Source: an uncultured Spirochaetota bacterium (GTDB lineage Bacteria; Spirochaetota; Spirochaetia; SZUA-6; Fen-1364). Taken from it: a DNA stretch of 64,000 nt. Every line of letters starts with the position of its first letter. The stretch's first letter is position 1. Where the stretch lies: NCBI GenBank assembly GCA_963781885.1, contig CAWAHW010000004.1, forward strand, positions 256,001 to 320,000, in the 5' to 3' direction. Under the pieces are notes generated by a model. The model saw only the letters and a list, made by a program, of their open reading frames with translations, ran no database searches and was not told the DNA's origin. The position numbers were made by a program, and so were the translations under genes. This document shows, piece by piece, positions 9,189 through 20,800 of this stretch.

Positions 9189-10021
9189 AAAGCCTGTCGA
9201 TGCAGAAGCGCGGATTCGGCGTCGAGCACGTGGTCCTGTCCCTGTGGGCGGTCATCGTGCTGTTCCCCCTGTGGACCATGGTGGTGAACTCTTTCAAGTT
9301 CAAGAACGACATCATCCTCGATCCCTTCTGGCTGCCCCATCGCGTCAACTACGGCGGCTATCTCGCCGTTTTCAAGGACAGCCCGTTCCCGCTGTATTTC
9401 CTCAACAGCCTGATTGTCACCGTGATTTCCCTGGCCCTGATCATGCTCCTGGGCTCGCTCGCCGCATATGGCTGCGTCCGGTGGCGGGTGCGGGTTTCCC
9501 GCTGGATCTACCTGTTTTTCATCGCGGGGCTCACGGTGCCCATCAAGATTGGAAGCATCAATCTTCTCCTGATGATGAGAAACCTCCACCTGCTCGATAC
9601 GTACTGGAGCGTGATCCCGGTCTACGTCGCCGCGGGAATGCCCATTGCACTCCTCATTCTTTTCGAGTTTATCCGGAGCATCCCGCCGGAGCTCACGGAA
9701 GCAGCCGTCATGGACGGCGCCGGGTCCTGGAGGATATTCAGCTCGATCATCCTTCACCTCGTACGCCCCGCGCTTGCCACCGTGGCGATATTCAACCTCG
9801 TGCCCGTCTGGAACGACCTCTGGTTCCCCCTCATCTTCATCCGTGAGGACACGCAGAGGACCCTCATGCTCGGCGTCACGCGCCTCTGGGGCCAGTACTA
9901 CACGGACTGGGCGAAGATACTCGCCGTGCTTTCCCTGAGTTGCGTGCCGGTCCTCATCCTCTACCTGTCCATGGCAAAGCAGTTCATCTCCAGCCTGACG
10001 GCAGGCGCAGTAAAGGGGTGA
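9185..10021 (+). CDS. Carbohydrate ABC transporter permease
   Basis: IPPELTEAAVMDGA, VWNDLWFPL, ends LTAGAVKG. Confidence 0.93.
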   Translation: MKSLSMQKRGFGVEHVVLSLWAVIVLFPLWTMVVNSFKFKNDIILDPFWLPHRVNYGGYLAVFKDSPFPLYFLNSLIVTVISLALIMLLGSLAAYGCVRWRVRVSRWIYLFFIAGLTVPIKIGSINLLLMMRNLHLLDTYWSVIPVYVAAGMPIALLILFEFIRSIPPELTEAAVMDGAGSWRIFSSIILHLVRPALATVAIFNLVPVWNDLWFPLIFIREDTQRTLMLGVTRLWGQYYTDWAKILAVLSLSCVPVLILYLSMAKQFISSLTAGAVKG

Positions 10022-10077
10022 AGGGATGCGGCCGCACCGAGGCGGCCGCGGGAATCGGGCGTCGTGGCGGTCGCCCG

Positions 10078-10527
10078 TCAATCCTTTAGCGGGAAATAGA
10101 TCTCCGTCACCAGGTCCTCGGGCTTCACGGACGCCGGGTCGTTCAGGTAGATCTCGTAGCACATGCCCTGCGGCTGCACCTTGCTCTTCTGCATGAATGC
10201 CGTCAGGGCGCCATAGGTCGCTTCGAACGTCTCATAGGGGCCCTTGTGCGTTGCCATGGCGGTTCGCCCGCCCGGGAGCGCACTCGGTTTCATCCGGCCG
10301 TCGGCGCGGACGGGACCCGCTACGGGAAACCCGATCTCTACGTCCAGGTCGTTCATGTCCATGTTGTAGTAGACCGCGAATGGCGATCCCGCCGGGCGGC
10401 TTCCCTGCTTTCCCAGGAGCACCGCAACCTCTCCGAACGCCGGGCCCAGTTCCTCCTTGAGCTTGGACTGAGGCGTCCTGAGCCGAATGCTCGCAGTCGG
10501 TTGCTCCTGTCGTGTCTTGATTTCCAT
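10078..10527 (-). CDS. GyrI-like small-molecule-binding domain protein
   Basis: PAGSPFAVYY..DVEIGFPV..LPGGRTAMATHKGPYE..YEIYLNDP..LVTEIYFP. GGAGGA RBS before ATG 10527. Confidence 0.9.
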   Translation of the reverse strand: MEIKTRQEQPTASIRLRTPQSKLKEELGPAFGEVAVLLGKQGSRPAGSPFAVYYNMDMNDLDVEIGFPVAGPVRADGRMKPSALPGGRTAMATHKGPYETFEATYGALTAFMQKSKVQPQGMCYEIYLNDPASVKPEDLVTEIYFPLKD

Positions 10528-10561
10528 TTGATCCTCCATGCACCCAGCATTGCAGGAGGTA

Positions 10562-10581
10562 TACGACAGCCCCCTGTCGTA
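10562..10581. promoter_or_regulatory. Palindromic site, probably bound by the adjacent WYL regulator
   Basis: TACGACAG-CCCC-CTGTCGTA between the WYL gene stop and the GyrI-like gene. Confidence 0.6.
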
Positions 10582-10582
10582 A

Positions 10583-11515
10583 TTACCGGTAGAGTTGCAG
10601 ATTTTTTTCGCAGATGTCCGCGATCTTGCGTCGCAGGCGATCCGGAGAGACCACCTCCACCCCGTCACCGTAGCTGAGGATCATTCCGTAGAGCCAGTTG
10701 TCCTCGGGAAAATCGATCGTGACCGTGATCCAGCCGTCCTCACCCACCACGATCTCTCCGAGCGTGAAGTAGTCTTCCACCAGAACGCGCAGCTCCGGCT
10801 GGAAGCGCAGGACAGCGGGCTCTCCGGTGGGCATGCGCGCCATCATGCCGTCCAGGTATTCCTGCACGTCCAGCGGTCGGCGCCGAAACACCTCGGGGCA
10901 GAGCTGGGGATCCCTGATGCGCGACAGGCGGAAAAGCCTGAAGTCCTTGCGCGCGCGGCACCAGGCGAGCAGATACCAGGAGTACCACTTGAATGCGAGC
11001 GTGCAAGGCTCCACGACCCGCCGGGACTCCTCGAGCCGGGAATTGGTGTAGGTGAAAGAGACGCAGCGGTTTGTCTCAAGCGCGCGCTGGATCAGCGCCA
11101 TGTGGCTCCTTCGATGCGCCGAATAGCCCAGTGAGCGGAAATCGATGTACAACCGCTCCGCCCGGCTTTGAAGTTCATGGGGAGGGTGACGCGCACCGAG
11201 GCTGCGGATCTTGTCGGCCGTTTTTTCCACGCCGGGGTTCTCCAGCGAATCGGAGATTCCCTGCAATGCGGTGGTGATGAAGAAAAGATCGTCGAATGTC
11301 AGGAACTGTCGGTCCAGGCGGAAGGTATCGAGGATCTTGTAACCTCCCGAAGGTCCATGGAGCGCGGTCACGGGGATGCCCGCTGCATTGATCGCATCCA
11401 CGTCGCGCTGGATCGTCCGCACGGCCACGCCGAATCGGTCGGCGAGGTCCGACGCGCTCACGAGGTCGCGGCTCAGGAGATGAACGACGATGGACAAGAG
11501 ACGGTCGATCTTCAT
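10583..11515 (-). CDS. YafY/PafC-like HTH-WYL-WCX transcriptional regulator
   Basis: MKIDRLLSIV..VAVRTIQRDV..GPSGGY; VEPCTL..SWYLLAWCRARKDFRLFRLSRI. Confidence 0.93.
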   Translation of the reverse strand: MKIDRLLSIVVHLLSRDLVSASDLADRFGVAVRTIQRDVDAINAAGIPVTALHGPSGGYKILDTFRLDRQFLTFDDLFFITTALQGISDSLENPGVEKTADKIRSLGARHPPHELQSRAERLYIDFRSLGYSAHRRSHMALIQRALETNRCVSFTYTNSRLEESRRVVEPCTLAFKWYSWYLLAWCRARKDFRLFRLSRIRDPQLCPEVFRRRPLDVQEYLDGMMARMPTGEPAVLRFQPELRVLVEDYFTLGEIVVGEDGWITVTIDFPEDNWLYGMILSYGDGVEVVSPDRLRRKIADICEKNLQLYR

Positions 11516-11685
11516 GACTGGACACCGGGAGCATAGGCCGCGTGCAGGGTCAGGACAAGTGCGCCGACGGATGCACCACGACGGGATAGCCCAGGGCGAT
11601 CGCGGCCACGACCGACCGCGGAGTCAGGACAGAGAGAACGCCGCTGCAGGACGACGAAAAGCCCAATCTTCGTTATTTTAGGGCC

Positions 11686-12564
11686 ATGGGTGGCAGCAGC
11701 ATCGTGCTCTTCATCTCCATGTGCGTGATCTGGGGGATCCCGTACTTCCTGATCCGCATCGCCGTGGGCGAGATCTCGCCCGCCATGCTCGTCTTTGCCC
11801 GCACCGCGATAGGAGCACTGATCCTGATGCCCGTCGTCGTGGCCCGCGGCGGGCTCCGAGGGATCGGCAGGAAGCTGCTTCCGATACTCGCGTTCGCGGT
11901 GGCGGAAATCGGCATACCCTGGATCTGCCTGTCCAACGCTGAGCAGCACATCTCCAGCTCCCTGGCGGGCCTTCTCGTTTCCTGCGTCCCGCTGATCGGG
12001 ATCGCGATCGCGCCGCTTTTCGGCAACCGCGAGGAGATCGGCCCCGTGGGAATTGGCGGGCTGGTGCTGGGATTGATCGGGGTGGCGGCAATCGTCGGCC
12101 TCGATTTTCATGCCTCCGATGTCACGGCGCTCGTCGAGATGGCCCTTGTCGTCATCGGCTATGCCTTTGGACCCGCCATCGTGAGGCGCTACCTCTCCGG
12201 TGTGCCGTCGATGACCGTGAACGCGATTTCACTGGCCGCGTGCGCGATCGCCTATGCGCCGTTTGCGGCAACACACTGGCCCCATGCCGTGCCCACCGCC
12301 GATGTGCTCCTGTCCGTCGGCGTGCTGGCCGTCGTTTGCACGGCCGTGGCATTCCTGCTCTTCTTTGCGCTGATAGAAAGAATCGGTCCCGTGCGCGCCA
12401 CCGTGATCACGTACATCAACCCCGCGGTGGCGGCAGTCGTCGGCGTTTCCATCCTGCACGAATCATTCACACTCGGGATGGGAATCGGATTCGCGCTGGT
12501 CCTGGGCGGCTCGATCCTGGCAACCAGGAGAAAAAAGCCCGCGAAAGCACCCGATGCGGCCTGA
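11686..12564 (+). CDS. EamA/DMT-family transporter
   Basis: IWGIPYFLIRIAV, about 10 TM segments, ITYINPAVA. Confidence 0.92.
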   Translation: MGGSSIVLFISMCVIWGIPYFLIRIAVGEISPAMLVFARTAIGALILMPVVVARGGLRGIGRKLLPILAFAVAEIGIPWICLSNAEQHISSSLAGLLVSCVPLIGIAIAPLFGNREEIGPVGIGGLVLGLIGVAAIVGLDFHASDVTALVEMALVVIGYAFGPAIVRRYLSGVPSMTVNAISLAACAIAYAPFAATHWPHAVPTADVLLSVGVLAVVCTAVAFLLFFALIERIGPVRATVITYINPAVAAVVGVSILHESFTLGMGIGFALVLGGSILATRRKKPAKAPDAA

Positions 12565-12588
12565 CCGGTGCGCGCTCTCCTATCGCCG

Positions 12589-13711
12589 ATGACGCCCGCG
12601 GATATCGCGCGCCGGAGACTGCGCAATCAACTCCTCGAGGGCACGCCGATCGAGGCGCCATGCGACGTGGTGCGCCTCCTGGGCGCGGTCCAGGCACAGG
12701 ATTTCCCTGCGGCAAAATGGGCCGTCGCCCAGCGTGCCACCCACGCCACCGGCGCCGACGTCGACCGCGCATTCGGCCGGGGCGACCTGTTGCGCACGCA
12801 CGTTCTACGGCCCACCTGGCATTTCGTGACCCCGGCGGACATACGCTGGATGCTGCGGCTGACGTCCAGCCGCATCAACAGGCTCACCCGCCCCTATCAC
12901 CGCAACCTCGAGCTGGACGATGCGCTGCTGGCAAAGAACCGACCGCATTCTTGCCCGGGCGCTGCGCGGCGGCGCCCAGATCACGCGAGCAGAGATTGCC
13001 GCCGTTCTCCAAAGGGGCGGGGTCGCGGTCGGTTCTCCCGTGCGCCTTGCGCACATCCTGCTCAGAGCGGAGCTGGATGCCGTGATCTGCAGCGGTGCGC
13101 CGCGCGGCAAGCAGCAGACCTACGCGCTGCTGGACGACCGGGCGCCCCCGGAAACCGTCACGCGGCGCGAAGAATCGCGCGCCGAGCTTGCCCGCCGCTA
13201 CTTCAGCAGCCGCGGCCCGGCGACGCTCAAGGATTTCGCCTGGTGGTCGGGCCTGTCGGCGATGGATGCGGCGGCGGCGCTCGAAGACGCGAAATCCGCC
13301 CTTGCAAGCGACAGCATGGGCGCGCAGGTGTTCTGGCTCGCCCCGGCTTCCGTCGCGCCCCGCGCCCGTCGACATTCCGTACATCTCCTGCCGAACTACG
13401 ACGAGTACATCATCGCCTATGCGGATCGCAGCGCCGCCATCGACGCATCGATCGTGCGGAAGGTGGACGAACGCAACAACATTCTTTTCAACCATGCCAT
13501 CATCGTGAATGGCGTCATCCGCGGCGTCTGGAAAAGAATTGAGAAGGGCCGCGCAATCAGTCTGGACCTGCAACTCTTCGCACCGCTCTCGACGGATGAA
13601 GAGAAGGCACTATTCAAAGCTGCCGGGCGGTATGGGGACTTTCTCCAGCTTCCCCTCGATGTCGCGATACGGCAGGCAAGAGGCAGAAGGGCCTCCCGCG
13701 GGCCCGCGTAG
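12589..13711 (+). CDS. AlkZ/YcaQ-like winged-helix (HTH_42) DNA glycosylase (apparent +1 frameshift near 12937)
   Basis: GAVQAQD (QxQ motif), LRTHVLRPTWHFV, GPATLKDFAWWSGL, LLPNYDEY. The two ORFs join by deleting one A in AAGAACC. Confidence 0.85.
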
Positions 13712-13719
13712 CTGCCCGA

Positions 13720-15564
13720 CTACCTGCCGGGTGTCTGGTTCTCACGCCGACTGTAGATGCGATCCTGTGCGAGCAGGATCGTCTTGCGAAGCCGTATGGA
13801 CTTGGGCGTGACCTCCACCATCTCGTCGTCTCGGATGTATTGTATCGCCCGCTCGAGGGTCAACGGCTGTATCGGGGTAAGAGTGAGTGCTTCGTCCTTG
13901 TTGACCGAGCGCATGTTGGAGAGCTTCTTCTCCTTGCAGGGATTCACGTTCATCTCCGAGTCGAGGTTGTGCTCGCCGACGATCATGCCTTCATACACGC
14001 GGTCGCCGGGAACGACGAAGAGACGGCCGCGCGGCTCCAGGTGATAGAGACCGTAGATGACGGCATTCCCGCTGCGGTCGGACACCATGGAGCCGGTGAA
14101 GCGATCGATGAAATCGCCGCGGTATTCCTCGTAGCCCGACAGGTACGAGTTCATGATGCCGGTCCCCTTCGTGTCGGTGAGGAAAAGATCGCGATAGCCG
14201 ATGAGCGCGCGCGAGGGGACCGAGAACTCCAGGTGGGCGCGCGCCCCTTCGTGGATGGTGTAGGCGAGCATGCGGCCCTTGCGCGCGGACAGCTTTTCCG
14301 TGACGACGCCGACGAAGGCCTCGTTGCAGTCAACGAACAGGTGCTCGACGGGCTCGAGCTTCTTTCCGTTCTCGAACTTGAAGATGACCTCGGGCCGGCT
14401 CACGCAGACCTCGAAATCCTCCCGCCGCAGCATTTCGATGAGGATGACGAGCTGGAACTCCCCCCTGCCCTTCACGATGTACCCGCCGCCGCCTTTCACC
14501 TCCTCAACCTGGATGGAGACATTGTTGAGCGTCTCCTTGCGGAGGCGCTCGAAGAGCCTCCCGGACTGCACGTTCCTTCCCTCAAGGCCGGAAAGCGGCG
14601 AGGTGTTCACGTAGAAGTGCATGGAGACAGTGGGCTCGTCGATGATGATGCGTTTGAGCGCCTTCGGGAACTCCCGGTTGCAGATCGTGTCGCCGATGTG
14701 CACGTTCTCGATTCCGGACAGGACGACGATGTCGCCCGGCTCCGCGCTGTCCGCCTCCACGAGCTTCGCACCCGCGTAGGTGTACAGCTTTGTCACGCTG
14801 AGGTCTTCCCGCACGCCGCCCTCACCGATGCAGACGAGGCCGTCCTTGGAATGCGCCCGCCCGTTGATCACCTTGCCGATTGCCTGCCGGCCGAAATAGT
14901 CGGAATAGGCAAGATCGGAGACGAGCATCTGGAACGGCTCATCCGTCGTGTAGCGGGGCGCGGGGATTTCCCGGACGATGGCGTCCAGGAGGGGGTGAAG
15001 GTTCGTGCTGTCGCCGTCCAGCGTGTCCCGCGCGATGCCCGCCTTGCCGATGGCGTACAGGAGCGGGAACTCCAGCTGCTCCTCGGTGACGCCCAGGTCG
15101 ATAAACAGGTCGTAGATCTGGTTGAGCACCTCGGCGGGCCGCGCATCGGGCCGGTCGATCTTGTTGATGAGCACGATGATCGCCAGGTGTCCGGCAAGGG
15201 CCTTGCCGAGCACGAAGCGCGTCTGCGGCAGGGGGCCTTCCGACGCATCGACCAGGAGCACCGCGCCGTCCACCATGGAAAGGGCCCGCTCGACCTCGCC
15301 GCCGAAATCGGCGTGTCCCGGGGTGTCCAGGATGTTGATCTTCACGCCTTTCCAGACCACCGCGCAGTTCTTCGCGGCGATGGTGATCCCCCGCTCCCGC
15401 TCGATGTCCATGCTGTCCATGAGACGCTCCTGCGTCTCCTGGCCCTCGCGGAAGACGCCGGATTGCTTGAACATGGCATCCACGAGCGTGGTCTTGCCGT
15501 GGTCGACATGCGCAATGATCGCGATGTTGCGGATCGCGGGGTTCGAAGCATCTCTATGGGTCAC
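13720..15564 (-). CDS. typA: Translational GTPase TypA/BipA
   Basis: [56 protein letters not shown]. Start uncertain (GTG 15564 or ATG 15606). Confidence 0.95.
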   Translation of the reverse strand: MTHRDASNPAIRNIAIIAHVDHGKTTLVDAMFKQSGVFREGQETQERLMDSMDIERERGITIAAKNCAVVWKGVKINILDTPGHADFGGEVERALSMVDGAVLLVDASEGPLPQTRFVLGKALAGHLAIIVLINKIDRPDARPAEVLNQIYDLFIDLGVTEEQLEFPLLYAIGKAGIARDTLDGDSTNLHPLLDAIVREIPAPRYTTDEPFQMLVSDLAYSDYFGRQAIGKVINGRAHSKDGLVCIGEGGVREDLSVTKLYTYAGAKLVEADSAEPGDIVVLSGIENVHIGDTICNREFPKALKRIIIDEPTVSMHFYVNTSPLSGLEGRNVQSGRLFERLRKETLNNVSIQVEEVKGGGGYIVKGRGEFQLVILIEMLRREDFEVCVSRPEVIFKFENGKKLEPVEHLFVDCNEAFVGVVTEKLSARKGRMLAYTIHEGARAHLEFSVPSRALIGYRDLFLTDTKGTGIMNSYLSGYEEYRGDFIDRFTGSMVSDRSGNAVIYGLYHLEPRGRLFVVPGDRVYEGMIVGEHNLDSEMNVNPCKEKKLSNMRSVNKDEALTLTPIQPLTLERAIQYIRDDEMVEVTPKSIRLRKTILLAQDRIYSRRENQTPGR

Positions 15565-15693
15565 GTTGCGTCCTGACTTGCCTGCGTGCGGCGAAAGATA
15601 GGCCATCCTAACGGATTCCTTTGAACGAGTCTGCGCCCCGCGGTGCTGCGGCGGGGCGGGACATCACGGAAAAACAGTCGAGACCGGACGACG

Positions 15694-16707
15694 TCAGGCT
15701 CCGGCGGGCGCGAGCGCCGCGTGCTGCGCGGAGATGATCCGGTCGCAGAGGCTGTTGAACCTTTCGTTGATCGTGCACCGATCGGGATGCTTCTCAAACC
15801 ACTGGACCGATTCCCGCACACCCACCGCGAAAGGGACCGTCGCGACGAAGCCCGGCACGAAGCTCTTGATCTTCGAGTTGTCGAAGACCGCGCAGCGCGC
15901 CTTGTCGCCCAGGAGGCCCCCGCGCTCCTCAGGGTCGAATGCAGAGATGAAATCCGATGCGACATGGATGATCTCGGGCTCCACGCCGGCCGCGGCACCG
16001 ATGAGCCCGTGGATCTGGTCCCAGGTGAGCACCTCGTCGGAGGTGATGTGGAAGGCATGACCGATCGCCTGGATATTCCCCATGAGGCCGACGAATCCCT
16101 TGGCGAGGTCGGAGTTGTGCGTCATTGTCCACAGCGACGTACCGTCGCCGGGAACGATGATCGGCCGACCCCGCCGCATCCGGTCGACCAGCGACCACGG
16201 GTGCATCCAGCTGCTCACGGCGGCCGGAATCTGGGTGACGCCGTAGGTGTGGCTTGGTCGTACAATCGTCACGGGGAAGCCCTGCTGCCGGTAGGCGGCC
16301 ATGAAGAGATCCTCACAGGCGATCTTGTCCCGGCTGTACTGCCAGAAGGGGTTGGCAAGCGGCGTCGACTCGGTGATCACGTGGCGCGTCGGCGGCTTCT
16401 GGTACGCGCTCGCCGAGCTGATGAAGAAGAACTGGCGGGTGCGTCCGGAGAAAAGCTCGATGTCGCGGGCGGCTTGATCCGGCGTGAAAGCGATCCAGTC
16501 CGCGACCACGTCGAAGCTCTCCCCGCGGAGGGCGTCTGCGACCGCCTTCACGTCGCCGTTGTCGGCGACGATCTGGCGCGCGCCTTTCGGGAAGAACTCC
16601 GCCTTCTGGCCGCGGTTCAGGAGGACAAGCTCGATGCCCCGCTCGACCGCGAGACGGGAGACCGCCGAGCTGATGAGGCCCGTGCCACCGATGAAAAGAG
16701 CTTTCAT
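15694..16707 (-). CDS. NAD-dependent epimerase/dehydratase (extended SDR)
   Basis: MKALFIGGTGLIS Rossmann motif and YSRDK (YxxxK). Confidence 0.9.
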   Translation of the reverse strand: MKALFIGGTGLISSAVSRLAVERGIELVLLNRGQKAEFFPKGARQIVADNGDVKAVADALRGESFDVVADWIAFTPDQAARDIELFSGRTRQFFFISSASAYQKPPTRHVITESTPLANPFWQYSRDKIACEDLFMAAYRQQGFPVTIVRPSHTYGVTQIPAAVSSWMHPWSLVDRMRRGRPIIVPGDGTSLWTMTHNSDLAKGFVGLMGNIQAIGHAFHITSDEVLTWDQIHGLIGAAAGVEPEIIHVASDFISAFDPEERGGLLGDKARCAVFDNSKIKSFVPGFVATVPFAVGVRESVQWFEKHPDRCTINERFNSLCDRIISAQHAALAPAGA

Positions 16708-16769
16708 GGACAAACGATAACAGAAAGGGTCGCACCGCGAAAGGCCGCGGCGGCCGGGTGCCGGCGTCC

Positions 16770-17816
16770 CTATTGTCGCTTCTTCGCCGTCGCCGCAACG
16801 GCAGCGGGGTCCGCGTTGCGCCGTACCGCGACGATTTCCGCAAGTATCGAGATGGCGATTTCAGCGGGCGTTTCCGCGGCAATCTCGAGCCCGATGGGCG
16901 CATGGAGCGCGTCCACGCGCGCCTTGTCAAAGCCGTCGCTCGCCACCTGGGCGCGGAGGATGCCCGCCTTGCGCGCGCTGCCGATGAAGCCCGCGTAGCG
17001 ATAGGTCTTTCCCAGTACCGCGCGGACGCACGCAAGGTCGAAAAGGTGCCCCCGGGTGAGGATGACGACGTAGGTCGCGGAATCGAAGGGGAACGCCGCA
17101 ATGGCATCGGCATAACCGGCGCAGAAGGTCTTCACCGCGGGCGGAAAACGTCCCGCGGCCGCGAAATCCTTTCGGTCGTCCACCACGGTCACGTCGAAAT
17201 CGAGTGCCGCGGCGATGCCCGCAAGGGCCTGCCCGACGTGCCCGCCGCCGAGGATGAGGAGCTTTTCGCGCGGCAGGACGGGGTCGTACAGGAGGCTTTT
17301 CTCTTCGTCGTAGACTGGCGTCCCGCTCGCCATGCAGAGAGCCGCGGCATCCCGGTCAAGCGCGAAGCCGCGCGGCGCCGGGCCCGCCTCCTGGAGAAGG
17401 GCCATGGACACGGTCCCCGCCGCGCCTGCCTTCATCCCTTCCAGCCTCTTCACGAAAACGGTCCGACGCCCGGCATCCAGCGCCTTGCATGCTTCCTGGA
17501 AGGATCTGCCGTCTGGCACGTACTCCACGAGCAACGTGTCTTCTCCCCCGCACAGGAGCGTTTCGCTTTCGGCCTCGACGCCCTGCATCTCCACGGTCAC
17601 GATCCGCGAGCGCTTCTCTTCGATGCTGCGCAGGGCCGCGTCAATCGCCAGCGCCTCACCCCTGCCGCCGCCCACGGTGCCGACGATCGCTCCCGTTCGG
17701 CGCACGAGCATCTTCGATCCTGCATGCCGCGGCACGGAGCCCTTCGTGGCGATCACGGTGACCAGTGAGGCTGCCTCGCCGCTTTCGGCCATTGCCTTGA
17801 TGACCTCCACGCTCAT
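16770..17816 (-). CDS. xdhC: XdhC/CoxI-family molybdenum cofactor insertion protein
   Basis: GSVPRHAGSKM, GTVGGG, LCGG, GGGHVG, YAGFIGSARK, APIGLEIAAETPAEIA. ATGA overlap with the xdh gene. Confidence 0.88.
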   Translation of the reverse strand: MSVEVIKAMAESGEAASLVTVIATKGSVPRHAGSKMLVRRTGAIVGTVGGGRGEALAIDAALRSIEEKRSRIVTVEMQGVEAESETLLCGGEDTLLVEYVPDGRSFQEACKALDAGRRTVFVKRLEGMKAGAAGTVSMALLQEAGPAPRGFALDRDAAALCMASGTPVYDEEKSLLYDPVLPREKLLILGGGHVGQALAGIAAALDFDVTVVDDRKDFAAAGRFPPAVKTFCAGYADAIAAFPFDSATYVVILTRGHLFDLACVRAVLGKTYRYAGFIGSARKAGILRAQVASDGFDKARVDALHAPIGLEIAAETPAEIAISILAEIVAVRRNADPAAVAATAKKRQ

Positions 17817-20800
17817 GCCCTTCCTCCCTGCCCGGTCAAGAGCCGTTCCTGCACCGCCCGATAGATCGCTTCTGAAGTTGCCGGGGCATCGAGGCGCACT
17901 TCACCGCCGGGGGAGCCGAAAGCGGCAACGGCGTCGCGTAGTGCCTCGCGAACGGAGATGGACAACATCAGCGGCGGCTCTCCAATTGCCTTGCTGCCGT
18001 GGATGGTGCCCTCCTGCGCGGCATGCGGCAGCATCGTGACGTGGAGCTCCAGGGGCGCATCGCTGATGGCGGGGATCTGGTAGGTGCTTGCGCTGTGCGT
18101 CTGCAGCCGGCCCTCCGTGTCCCAGCGAAGCTCCTCCCGTGTGAGCCACCCCATGCCCTGGACGAAGCCTCCCTCGATCTGGCCGCGATCCACGCCGGGG
18201 TTCAGCGATTGCCCCACGTCCTGCACGATGTCGACGCGCAGCACGCGGTGCATGCCGGTGTATCCATCCACCTCCACCTCGCTCACGGCTGCCCCGCTCA
18301 CGAAATAGTAGAAGGGGTGCCCCGTCGCCGTGTCCCAGTCCCACTGGATGCCCGGCGTCGCATAGTAGCCGGTGGCCGACAGGCTGATGCGCTGCAGGTA
18401 GGCCTCCTGGCACACGTCGACAAAGGCAACGCGCGGATCCTCCCCTCCTGCGCGGCCGGCAAAGCCTCCGGCGAAAACCACGTCGCGAGCGGCGACCGCG
18501 GCGCCGGTTTTCCTGCTCAGCAGCTCCGCCGCGACCGGCGCCAGGCGCTCCCGCAGGCTCACGCAGGCATTCTTCACCGCCCACCCGTTCATGTCGGAAC
18601 CTGACGAAGCCGCGGTGGCCGAAGTGTTCGGCACCTTGTCCGTGCTGGTGGGCATCATGCGGATGCGGTCGGCGGGAAGACCCAGCTCCCGCATCGCAAC
18701 GCCCAGCACCTTTGTGTGCAGGCCCTGGCCCATTTCCGTGCCGCCGTGATTCACCTGCACGCTGCCGTCCTGGTAGATCATGACCAGCGCGCCCGCCTGG
18801 TTGAATGCCGCGCGCGTGAAGGAGATGCCGAACTTCTCCCCCGTCACCGCGAGACCCCGCTTCACCCCCGCGTGCTCCCGGTTCCAGAGATCGATCTCGC
18901 GTCGGCGCGCCGCGAAGCCTGCCTGGGCCTGCGCCTGTTCCCACATTACATTCAGCCTGTTGTCGCCGATCTCCATGCCATACGGCGTCGTGTTGGTCTC
19001 TCCGGCGCCGTGGTAGAGGTTGGCCGTTCGCACCTGCTCGGGGGGAAGGCCGAGCCGGCGGGCAACGCGGTCCATGATCTCTTCCATCACAAGCATGGCC
19101 TGCGGTCCGCCGAAGCCGCGGAAGGCGGTATGGGAGGTCGTGTTCGTCCGCGCAACGCGGCCGCTGAAACGCACCGCGGGGATGTAGTAGACATTGTCCA
19201 GGTGGAAAAGGGCGCGATCCATGATGGGCTGCGAGAGGTCCAGCGACCAGCCGCCGTCTGAGACCAGGTCCACGGCCGCGGCGAGGATCATGCCCGACCG
19301 GTCATAACCCACCGAGAACTTCGAATGGAAGGGATGGCGCTTGCCCGTGATGGTCATATCGAGATCCCGGTCGAGCTGCAGGCGGACCGGTCGGCCCGTC
19401 CGGTTGACGGCGACTGCGACCAGGGCGGCGAACGTGTTGCCCTGCACCTCCTTGCCACCGAAAGCCCCGCCCATGCGCGGGGCCTCCACCACGATCCTGT
19501 TCCGCGGCACGCCCAGGACTTCCGCGACGATGGTCTGGATTTCCGATGGGTGCTGCGTGGACGAGCTCACGAACATCGCGCCGTATTCCCGCGGCTCCGC
19601 CCAGGCGGCGTGGGTTTCAAGGTAGAAATGCTCCTGGCCCCCTGACTCGAACTCACCGTCCAGGCGCAGCGGCGCGGCCGAGAGCGCCTGGCCGCAATCT
19701 CCCCGCGTCAGGACGTGCGGCTCGGTGAGGTAGCTTTCGCGCGCGATGGCATCTGCGATGCCCAGGATCGGCGGCAGCGGCTCGTAGCTCACCTCGACGA
19801 GCGCGGCTGCCCGCCGGCATTCCTTGATCGTGTCGCCGACGACGAGCGCCACGAGCTGTCCGTGATAGAGCACCTCGTCCGTGGCGAACAGAGGCTCGTC
19901 GTGGCGCGCCGTGCCGACATTGTTCTCCCCCGGTATGTCCTCTGCCATGAGCACGGCAGCCACGCCAGTGCGCGCGCCGCGCCTTGTCCGCGTTTCGGGA
20001 GGTGATGCGCGCGTGGGCATAGGGCGAGCAGACGGGCCACGCTTCCAGCATCGGCCGGCGCTGCGCGGTATCGTCGACGTACAGCGCGCCGCCCGTGACG
20101 TGCCCCGCGCCGCTCTCGTGCGACAGCGCGCGCGACGGGTCGACGTCGGGAAACGCCTCCCCCATCGCAAAGTCCAGATTGCCATCCTGGGCAACGCTCT
20201 TTTCGCCGCGCGCGAACTTCTCCCACAGGCTCACGATGAGGCCGCGTCGGTATGCCGCGCTCCCGCGCACGTCGTCGATGGGCTGGAACTCGCCGCGGAG
20301 GGCTTCTGAAACCGCCTCGCGCGCATCGGCCACGCGGCGGCCGGTGAGCGCCTGTTCCGCCTTCCGCGCCCGTGACGACGTGACCGCGACCCCGCCGTAG
20401 GCGATGCGCGCGAGCTGCACGACACCATCGGCGTCGAGGTCCAGCCGGAAGGCGCCTGCGACAATGCTGATGTCCAGCTCGCGTCTCTTGGAGACCTTCA
20501 GGAAATCCATCTGTCGTGTCTGTCCCGCGACGGGTCGAAGACGCGGCACAATAATGGCACGGATGATCTCCCCCGGCCGCAGCGCGGTTTTCCGATAGGC
20601 CAGGAAGAAATCTGAAAGCGGTATGGTCCTTTCGCCGTTCTCCGATGCGAGAACGAGCGACGCATCGAGGGTCAGGAGCACCGGCGCGCTGTCGCCGATG
20701 GGCGACGCCGTGGCGATGTTTCCTCCCATCGTTGCGCGGTTGCGGATTCCGCGCGAGGCAAAGACCCGCAGCATCCGGGCCAGCGACGGATATTCCGCTG

